Assembly (NCBI RefSeq): GCF_009914755.1
Contig: NC_060936.1
DNA from: the human T2T-CHM13v2.0 reference genome, Homo sapiens
Reading direction: 5' to 3' (one strand)
DNA: 64,000 nt
Position numbers and translations under genes: made by a program
Notes under the pieces: model-generated
What the model saw: the letters and a program-made list of their open reading frames with translations, nothing else
Told to the model about the DNA's origin: nothing
The model's database searches: none
Shown here: piece by piece, positions 52,639-64,000 of the stretch
Layout of the letters: the number at the start of each line of letters is the position of its first letter
How positions within the stretch are numbered: position 1 is the first letter of the stretch

Positions 52639-53582
52639 TGATCCAAAGTGCAGTCTGTCTTTGTTTAACCGAGGCTTTCCCCTCTGGAAACCCACTTTCT
52701 TTCCACTAAACCCAGTTTCTTTATTAGCTGTATCCCAGTGGTATATCTAGTGGGTATTCAAGATTGGGCAAAAAGAAATAGCAAAGAAAATTGTAAAGAA
52801 AAGTCCCAAGTTAATGTGACTTTGAAAATGAGGCTGGGGACCCAATCCAGACACCAGGGGTCACTCCTGGGGGGTTTGCCTCACTCCTGGGCTCACTGAT
52901 ATGCTCATGGGTCAGAATAAGGACATGGTTTGGCTCCTTTGACACTTTCTAAGTGAACATTCTTCTCTGGGAGTCATTTTTCCCTCCTTCAGCAATCCTG
53001 TCTCCCCTGCACTGCCACAAGCGCTCATCCTCACAGAGATCAGGCTCAGGGGAGAAAGACCCCCTTGGCCGGCTGCACCGAAATTACCTCGACCTGACCA
53101 GCTCTGGTTAAGCCTGAGGTCGTACCTCAACAACTTCCCTTGCAGCCCTGGGACAGCCGGGAGCTGGCCGGCGCCCATGTGGGGCTGTGCCTCAGCAACT
53201 GTGTTGATGTCCCCTGCTTGCAGCAAGGATGGAGCCTCTCCTGGTGTCCCATGAGCTCAATCATTCCAGCCTGTCTGCTGCATTCACTTCAGGGGATTTG
53301 CCGAGTGGAATATCTCTCTGTGTGATCTCTCTATGTTTTCAGTCCCATGCGGGACAGAGTCCTTTCTGGTGTGAGGGCCATGGGCTGCTGTGGTCCGGGG
53401 GTGTGGTCATATGTATGGGGGACAGGATGTGTCCTGTTAGAGATGATATAAAAATGAAACTATGAACACAGACTTTGGCCTTTCACAGAGGTAATTACCA
53501 GAGTTGTCATTAAATCTTCCAGCCACACCAGTTCAGGGCCATAGCATGTGACCATACCCTTGCTTCCTTCTGGCAGTGAGCA

Positions 53583-53717
53583 TTTGGCTGACTTCTTGTT
53601 GTGATAATCACAGATGATTTTAAAGTTAGAATGGCCTCTGCATTTTCAGCTCCCACTGTAGTGATGATTCAGACATCCTGTCCCCAGTGGACGTCGGGTT
53701 GGTCTTTGCAGGGAGCC
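53583..53717 (+). repeat. Dispersed 135-bp direct repeat, copy A
   Basis: 131/135 identical to 54425-54559 (offset 842 bp). Confidence 0.97.
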
Positions 53718-54424
53718 GCTGACTGAATGTGCTTTGTCTGGGAAGAGCTCTCAGGAGTACAGCGCCCTGCTCAGTCAGGGTTAAACAGTGAGTCTGACAT
53801 ATTGGAGATCTTAGCCTTGCCTTTTAATGAACTGCCTGGAGATGGACCTGAGAGTTGACATTTCCAGAGGACTATCAGAGCTAAGGGCTTTGCATATGTG
53901 GTCTCATTCATCCTCAAAATGTCCTGCTGAAGCTGGCATTATTATGATCCCCTTGTCACTGATGGGAAGGTTAGGTGACTTGTCCAAGTCACACAAGGGG
54001 TACAGGGTAAAGGCACGATTCATTTCTTGGTCTGATTCCAGATCTTATGGTCTTAACAGCAGCTCTACAGTGCCTTTTGAGAGGGAGGTTCCCTGGGATA
54101 GAGTTCAACCTTGTGGTCTTAATACCTGGCAGAGTCTCAGATACATAGTGGGTGCTCAATAAGCACTCATTGACTTAAGGAATGAATGGCTATTCCAACA
54201 TCCTAGCCTCAGGTCCCCAAGGGAGAGAGGAGACTCAGGGAAGCAATTCTAGTAAACTCTTGGGAAGCAAATTGAGGCTGAATCAGTGTCTTGAGATGGG
54301 GTGAATAATCCAGATGATTGGAGAAACTCCATGGTTTATATTCTGTGTAGACACAGCCACAGCAGTGCAGGGGGGTACAGCGATCACCCAGCATCTGAGG
54401 ATGTGTGGTTGGCAAGCTCCTGAC

Positions 54425-54559
54425 TTTGGCTGACTTCTTGTTGTGATAATCACAGATGATTTTAAAGTTAGAACGGCCTCTGCATTTTCAGCTCCCACTG
54501 TAGTGATAATTCAGGCATCCTGTCCCCAGTGGACGTGGGGTTGGTCTTTGCAGGGAGCC
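54425..54559 (+). repeat. Dispersed 135-bp direct repeat, copy B
   Basis: 131/135 identical to 53583-53717. Confidence 0.97.
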
Positions 54560-54684
54560 ACGGGTCTGACCTTAATACTTAGGTGTCCTCACAGCCCATT
54601 GTCTGTGGGGGCTGGAACAGTTTCTTTAGAATCTTGTTCTAGGACCTGCAGTAGAAGGACCTGCTGCTCTATGAGGAGAATGTG

Positions 54685-55033
54685 TGCTGTGGTCTGAATA
54701 TCTGTGTTCCCTTCTCCAACTTTCATATGTTGAAAGTTAATTCTTAATGTGATGGTCTTCAGAGGAGGTGATTAGATAATGAGGGCCCCACCCTCATGCA
54801 TAGTACCAGCGCCTTATAAAAGAGGCCTAAGGGAGCTTGTTCACCCCTTCTGCCATGTAAGGAGGCACTGAGAAGGCACCACCTGTGAGGAACGGGCCCT
54901 CTGGAGACACCAAGTCTACTGGTGCCTTGATCTTGGACTTCCCAGCCTCCAGAACTATGAGTGATAAGTTTCGGTTGTTTAGAAATCACCCAGTCTAAAG
55001 TGTTTTGTTGTAGTCACGCAAACAAAGTATAGA
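54685..55033 (+). mobile_element. MLT1A-like solo LTR
   Basis: TGCTGTGGTCTGAAT..GCCTTATAAAAGAGGCC..CTGGTGCCTTGATCTTGGACTTCCCAGCCTCCAGAACT. Confidence 0.88.
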
Positions 55034-55129
55034 AATGCAGTGTTTGTGAGTCCAGTTATGTTTTCAGTTCCACGTGTGAGCCTTGACATTCAGCTAAAAG
55101 AATACTACCTTGGCTGCTGAGATAAAGTG

Positions 55130-55670
55130 AATAATACCCGTCATCTGTCTTCAGAGTGAATGCCAGCTGCTCCACCATGGCTGATGGTGGCTTGTGTCTG
55201 TCCCAGACTGGAGCCACAGGTTTATCTGGCACCCTCCTCCTTACTCTCTGTGCCCCAGACACACTGGCTTTCCTTACATTTGCCTCCATGGTCAGCTCAT
55301 TCCCACCTCAGGGCCTTTGCACTTGCTGTTCCCCCTTCCAAGGATGCATTCCCTGCCCTCTTCACCTGGTGGGTCCCCCTCCTTCTATAGGCCTCTGCTC
55401 CAACACCACTTTTCCAAAAGGCCCACCCCCCACCATTAATTTTTCCCAAGTATCTTCTTATAGTCCCACAGCATTTGTTCCTATTTGTAACTGTATATTA
55501 TTTACTTTCTTTTTTTCTTTCTGCAAAGTTTGTCTCCCCAGTTATTCTGTTAGCTCCATGAAGGTAGATGATATGCTTGTTTTGTTTGCCACTGACTTCC
55601 CAGCAGCTATCAAAGTGTGTGGCTTATAATAGTGTCTAATACATGTTCAGTGACTTAATTAATGAATCAA
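55130..55670 (+). mobile_element. L2 3' fragment
   Basis: CCCACCTCAGGGCCTTTGCACTTGCTGTTCCC..TGTTAGCTCCATGAAGGTAGA..TTTGTTTGCCACTG. Confidence 0.75.
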
Positions 55671-56136
55671 ACTTTGTGTGTTGTAATTGTATAAGTTGAA
55701 GTATATTTTCATTCTGTATTGGGCCAGTCAACAGCTCTTTCATGGGACTCTCCTGTGGAGTTTCCATTTCCACAGTCCACACCAGCTGCTGCTTCACACA
55801 TTCCACAAGTAATCTGGGAGGATAGCACTGCCCCACATTCTTTGAGAGATGCCAAGATGGCTTAGAGGTCTTTCCAGCTCTCAAGGGTCCCACAGTTGAC
55901 TAAAAAGACACAGACACACAATATGGGGTTTATCCAAAAACTTCCTGTTGAAGGAGTTTTTTTTCTTTAAGTTCCCTAAAAGATTTCTTTGCCTTAGCAA
56001 AGCCAGGGGATTCAGTCAAGTTTTTTTTTTCTTCTTTTTGTTAGCTTCAAGAAATAGAGATCCAAGTTTCCTTATCCTGATAGTAGAGAAAAAATAGCAA
56101 TGTGTTTTTTTTTAAACTAATTCCAAGATTGAGCTC

Positions 56137-56440
56137 ACCTTTCCTTCCTTCCTTCTTTCCTTCCTTCCTTCCTTCCTTCTTTCTTTTTCCTTTCCTTTCC
56201 TTTCCTTTCCTTTCCTTTCCTTCCTTTCTTCCGTCTTTCTGTCATTTTCTTTCCTCTCTCTCTCGCCTTCCTGCCTTCTTTTTCTCTTTCTCTCTTCCTC
56301 TCTGACTGCTTTCCTGCCTTCCTGCCTTCCTTCTTTACTTTTTTCTTTTCATTTCTCTTCTCTTTTCTCTCTCCCTTCTTTCTCCCCTCCCCTCCCTCCC
56401 CTCCCCTCCCCTTCCCTTCCCTCTTCCCTTTCCTTTTTCC
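56137..56440. repeat. ~300-bp polypyrimidine/polypurine tract (CCTT/CTTT/CTTTC/CCCT units) in the position of the adjacent Alu tail
   Basis: Directly visible. It abuts the 3' end of the antisense AluJ. Confidence 0.95.
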
Positions 56441-56711
56441 ACAGGGTCTTGTTCTGTTGCCCAGGCTGAACTGCAGTGGCACAATCATAACTCACTGCAG
56501 CCTCAAAACCCTGGGCTCCAGTGATTCTCACACCTCAGCCTTTGGAGTAGCTGGGACTACAGGTGTGCCAGCACACCTGGCAAATATTTTATTTGTAGAG
56601 AGGGGGTCTCCCAAGTTTCCCAGACTGGTCTTGAACTTCTGGGCTCAGGTAATCCTCCTGCTTCAGTCTCCCAAAGTGCTGGGATTGCAGTCATGAGCCA
56701 TCATGCCTGGC
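56441..56711 (-). mobile_element. AluJ
   Basis: ACAGGGTCTTGTTCTGTTGCCCAGGCTG..CTCACTGCAGCCTC..GAACTTCTGGGCTCAGGTAATCCTCCTGC. Confidence 0.9.
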
Positions 56712-56749
56712 AGAGCATTTTCTTTATGTCATTATTTTATTTGCTAATC

Positions 56750-57240
56750 TCTAGTGTTCCAGGCCAGATTCTCTTGATGGCAACAGAAAAATCAGTTGAA
56801 ACTGACCTTAGCACAAAGGGAAATGATTGGCTGATTTAACTGACAAGCGCAGGATGGGCTTTAGGCACAGCTGGATCCAGGGGGACCTGACCTGCTGTCA
56901 GGATACATCCTCTGTCCGTCTCTGGGCTCTGCCTACTGTGGATTGGTGTTATGCTGAAGTGGGCTGTCCCCTGCGCCTGGCAGAGGGCTGCCATCAGCTC
57001 CAGGCTCACTTCTGGTCTTGCAACAATCCCTCTGGGAATGTGCCTATTTTCATGGACTCTAAAGAAAGCCCCAGAAATGGGTGTCATGGGTGCTGATTGT
57101 TCATACCTGGGCAGAGATGGGGCCGAGTTAGCCCCACCTGAACCATGTAGACAGAGTGTGGGAAGAAGTGGAGCCCTTAAGGAGAATCAGGTGCTGTAAC
57201 TAGAAGGGGGAGGTGGATTACAGGTAGATATCACCTTACC
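56750..57240 (-). mobile_element. MLT1J/K-like LTR
   Basis: GGCAACAGAAAAATCAGTTGAAACTGACCTTAGCACAAAGGGAAATGATTGGCT..GGCTTTAGGCACAGCTGGATCCAGGGG. Confidence 0.65.
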
Positions 57241-57483
57241 CGGGTGACATGTTTAGAGGAAAATTTGAATAAATTAGAAGTGTGTGTGTGTGTGTTGGGG
57301 GGAAGAGGACCCAGCACAGTGCCTGACTCGCAAACAATCAATGGACATTGTAATTTAGGTTAGTATCATTAGCATTGTTATTGTCAACATTATTATAATA
57401 TTTTATTTATAGCAAAACTTAGCAATATGCATATTTTTTCCAAATAGCTGCTGGCCTAAGGAGAGAGATGGAGAAAATAGGCT

Positions 57484-57926
57484 TGTGATGGTTAATACTG
57501 AGTGTCAACTTGATTGGATTGAAGGATGCAAAGTATTGATCCTGGGTGTGTCTGTGAGGGTGTTGCCAAAGGAGATTAACATTTGAGTCAGTGGGTTGGC
57601 CAAGGCAGACCCAGCCTTAATCTGGATGGGCACCATCTAATCAGCTGCCAGCACAGCCAGAATATAAAGCAGGCAGAAGAACATGAAAAGGCTAGACTGG
57701 CTTAACCTCCCAGCCTACATCTTTCTCCCGTGCTGGATGTTTCCTGCCCTTGAACATCGGACTCCAAGTTCTTCAGCTTTGGGACTCATACTGGCTTCCT
57801 TGCTCCTCAGCTTGCACATGGCCTGTTGTGGGACCTTGTGATCATGTGAGTTAATACTCCTTAATAAACTCCCCTTTATAGATATCTATCCTATTAGTTC
57901 CCCTCTAAAGAAATCTGACTAATACA
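57484..57926 (+). mobile_element. MLT2A1/A2 (HERV-L) solo LTR
   Basis: TGTGATGGTTAATACTGAGTGTCAACTTGATTGGATTGAAGGATGCAAAGTATTGATCCTGGGTG...CTGACTAATACA. The TSD is AGGCT / AGGCC. Confidence 0.94.
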
Positions 57927-58279
57927 AGGCCAATTCTTCCTATACCTTTCTTTGGGATGGTGAGAAGTAAATGATCTTGTTTCCTGTCTCTAGACCATTA
58001 TGGAATCATTTGAGACATCAGTTAAACTTTTCTCAGTATTGCTGATATAATTCTTGAGCATAAGAGTGTGAAATTTAGCTTTGTTTTTTTTACATTGGTA
58101 TTAGTTGGATGTGTAACCCTGCTTTCTGCTTTTGCTCCTTGTAATTAAAACATGATGTGTTTGAGTTAATGTTTGGGGAAGCCGGGTAGCCAAAAAGTGT
58201 TAAAAGAAGAAAAATTGGATGTATGAGTCTGTTTGTTCTAAAAATGGAAAGAACTGGCCATTTTGGTAAGGAAAATTAT

Positions 58280-58885
58280 ATTTTTCTATTGAGATGAATT
58301 AATATAACATGAAATTAACCATTTTAAAGTGAACAATTCAGTGGCATTTAGTACATTTGCAGTGTCGTCCCTCCACCACCTCTATTGAGTTCCAGGACAT
58401 TTTAAGCAGGTAGGGATTGGCTTTCCATTCCCTGCCCTGCTCTTGATAACCACCAACCTGCATTCTGTGTCTATGGATTTGCTGATTTTAGATATTTCAT
58501 GTAAATGAGACCATGCAATATGCTTTTGTGTCTGGCTTTTTTTCACTGAGTGTAATGCTTTTGATTTCATCCCTGTAGCAGGGATCAGAACTTCATTCCT
58601 TTTAATGTCTCAATAACAGTCCATTGTATGGATAAATCACAATTTGTTTATCCATTACTGTATCAATGGACACTTGGGTTGTCTCTACCTCTTAGCTACT
58701 GTGAATAGTGCTGAACATTCGTGTTCAAGTATCTGAGTGCTAATATGTTTTGGTGGGGTTGAGTTGCTAATATGAGTTGCTAATATGAGTTGGGGGAGAG
58801 TACAAACCTAGGCGAAGAATTGCCAGGTCATATGGTAATTCTATGTTTAACTTTTTGAGGAGCTGCCAAACTGTTTCCAGGAGTG
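58280..58885 (-). mobile_element. L1MB-type 3' end
   Basis: AAATTAACCATTTTAAAGTGAACAATTCAGTGGCATTTAGTACATT..GGTCATATGGTAATTCTATGTTTAACTTTTTGAGGAGCTGCCAAACTG. Confidence 0.88.
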
Positions 58886-60275
58886 ACTTTTGAAAATCAT
58901 AGCCACAGATACCTTAGTGCTCAGGCCTGAATGCCAGTTGGATGGCTCTCCTGGGAAGTAGGACTGTGTAAAGCTGGCATTTCTTGGGATGCAGCTCTGT
59001 GGGAGACGGGAATGGAATCTGAGCTTTATTCTCATTGATAAGGCTTCAGTGGTGGGCAGTGATTTTTGTGAAACAACACAAAAAATCTTCCTCTCCACCC
59101 AGATTGGTAGTTGTTGGTGGACAGCCAACTGTAATATATGGAGTGCTGAGTATACCTTAGTAGAGGATGCTTAGATGCTTATAATCAGGCTCAGGAAAAC
59201 ATTACTGCAATTCTGATTTAATACCAGTTCTATTAGAACCAGGCTCTCATCAGCCCCATGCAAATGATAATTTATGTCTTTATCAACTGCGCATTTTACT
59301 TCTCACTGGGTTTTGGATCAAATGTGAATATATATATATATTCCCTTTTTTAAGAGTACAATATATTTTACTTTCACTTAAAGGTGTCTGAATGGATTAT
59401 GAAAAGATTCAAACTCAAAACTGATCTTATCATAATTTTAAAAATTTATCAGGAGAAAAAGGAGTGATACAGACAGCCAAGTAATGTAATTATTCTGATT
59501 TACTGTGCATATTCTCTCTCTCTGGCTCAATCCACCCCTTTCCTTATGAGATAATTCTGAAGAGTCCTTTAGCAAAGATAGTTAACTATTTCTTCAACAG
59601 ATTTTGCTTTCTCAAAGAAAAAATTCCGTAATTTTTTTCCCCAAGAACCTAAATTTTTTTTTTCCTACTCTGTGGCACAGTTGTTACATTTTTGGTCTTG
59701 AGACTCTTACATTTTTTTCAACTTTAGTTAATATTGATCAACTTTTGAGGTCTTGGGGTAAAGTTCAAACATACTTATCTGGGTATTTTGGATTTTTAAT
59801 TTGCTTCCTTTTAAAGTGTAGATAGAAAAAGTCCCTGTCTGACAGCTCTGAAGAGAGCAGTGGTTCTCCCAGCACTGTGTTTGAGCTCTGAGAATGGGTG
59901 GACTGCCCCCTCAAGTGGGTCCCTGACCCCCGTGTAACCTAACTGGGAGACACCTCCCAGTAGGGGCCAACTGACACCTCATACAGCCGGGTGCCCCTCT
60001 GAGATGAAGCTTCCAGAGGAAGGATCAGGCAGCAATATTTGCTGTTCTGCAATATTTGCTGTTCTGCAGCCTCCACTGTTGGTACCCAGGCAAACAGGGT
60101 CTGAAGTGGACCTCCAGCAAACTCCAACAGACCTGCAGCTGAGGGACCTGATTGTTAGAAGGAAAACTAACAAATGGAAAGGAATAGCATCAACATCAAC
60201 AAAAAGGACATCCACACCAAAACCCCATCTGTAGGTCACCATCATCAAAGACCAAAGGTAGATAAAACCACAAAG

Positions 60276-61294
60276 ATGGGGAGAAACCAGAGCAGAAAAG
60301 CTGAAAATTCTAAAAACCAGAGCGCCCCTTCTCCTCCAAAGGATCATAGCTTCTTGCCAGCAATGGAACAAAGCAGGATGGAGAATGACTGACGATTTGA
60401 CAGAAGTAGGCTTCAGAAAGTCGGTAATAACAAACTTCTCTGAGCTATAGGAGGATGTTCAAAGCCATCATAAGGAAGCTAAAAACCTTGAAAAGAGATT
60501 AGACGGATGGCTAACTAGAATAAACAGTGTAGAGAAGACCTTAAATGACCTGATGGAGCTGAAAACCGTGGCATGAGAACTACGTGATGCATGCACAAGC
60601 TTCAGTAGCTGATTTGATCAAGTGGAAGAAAGGGTATCAGTGATTGAAGATCAAATTAATGAAGCAAGAAGAGAAGTTTAGAGAAAAAAGAGTAAAAACA
60701 AATGAACAAAGCCTCCAAGAAATATGGGACTATGTGAAAAGACCAAATCTACGTCTGATTCGTGTATCTGAAAGTGACAGGGAGAATGGAACCAAGCTGG
60801 AAAACACTCTTCAGGATATTATCGAGGAGAACTTCCCCAACCTAGCAAGGCAGGCCAACATTCAAATTCAGGAAATACAGAGAACACCACAAAGATACTC
60901 CTTGAGAAGAGCAACCCCAAGACACATAATTGTCAGATTCACCAAAGTTGAAATGAAGGAAAAAATGCTAAGGGCAGCCAGAGAGAAAGGTCGGGTTACC
61001 CATAAAGGGAAGCCCATCAGACTAATAGCAGATCTCTCGGCAGAAACCCTACAAGCCAGAAGAGAGTGGGGGCCAATATTCAACATTCTTAAAGAAAAGA
61101 ATTTTCAACCCAGAATTTCATATCCAGCCAAACTAAGCTTCATAAGCGAAGGAGAAATAAAATCCTTTACAGACAAACAAATGCTGAGAGATTTTGTCAC
61201 CACCAGGCCTGCTTTACAAGAGCTCCTGAGGGAAGCACTAAACATGGAAAGGAACAACCGGTACCAGCCACTGCAAGAACATGCCAAATTGTAA
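60276..61294 (+). pseudogene. L1 ORF1p, disrupted
   Basis: ATG at 60276. A frameshift near 60390 and stops follow. The C-terminal 216 codons (..NEQSLQEIWDYVKRPNLRL..ARREWGPIFNILKEKNFQPRISYPAKLSF..) stay open to TAA at 61294. Confidence 0.93.
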
Positions 61295-61357
61295 AGACCA
61301 TCAATGCTAGGAAGAAACTGCATCAACTAATGGGAAAAATAACCAGTTAATGTCACA

Positions 61358-64000
<2,643 letters not shown>

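Noticed and set aside
53583-54559. 135-bp repeats as LTRs of a novel mini-retroelement, or as snoRNA copies
   Set aside because: There are no TG/CA termini, PBS, PPT or outer TSD, and the interior is old MIR/L2 sequence. There is no properly placed C/D or H/ACA box pair with a terminal stem.
56102-56531. K/E/R/G-rich and F/S/P-rich ORFs
   Set aside because: These are translations of the polypurine tract and Alu.
60031-60068. 17-bp tandem repeat GCAATATTTGCTGTTCT in the L1 5'UTR
   Set aside because: A near-identical duplication is, as I recall, part of the L1PA5-7 consensus, so it is not locus-specific.

Overview
This is hominoid (most likely human) nuclear non-coding DNA. The dating comes from AluJ/S/Y SINEs, an L1PA2-type insertion, and THE1/MST/MLT2A primate LTRs. 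I found no protein-coding exon, RNA gene, CRISPR array or prokaryotic feature that I can support. Every ORF with recognisable homology is retroelement-derived: a THE1 internal ORF remnant and disrupted L1 ORF1/ORF2. The window is dense in interspersed repeats. These include a full-length THE1 MaLR provirus (1377-3721), many solo MaLR/ERVL/ERV1 LTRs, six Alus, old L1M/L2/MIR fragments, hAT MITEs, and a 5'-truncated, dead L1PA5-7-type LINE running off the right end. The L1 orientation bias suggests an intron of a + strand transcription unit (inference). I see no evidence of a new protein- or RNA-encoding system. The most interesting unexplained structure is a set of mutational scars readable directly from the sequence. 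There are three template-switch palindromes (433-488, 22212-22231, 40336-40374), a 135-bp templated insertion copied from 842 bp away (53583-53724), and two twin-primed 5'-inverted L1s (15618-15939, 19456-20126). Regulatory candidates are DUX4-type motifs in LTRs, a CpG-retaining G4-bearing LTR pair and a phased M-box repeat. Repeat subfamily names come from recalled consensus sequences and need RepeatMasker/Dfam confirmation.
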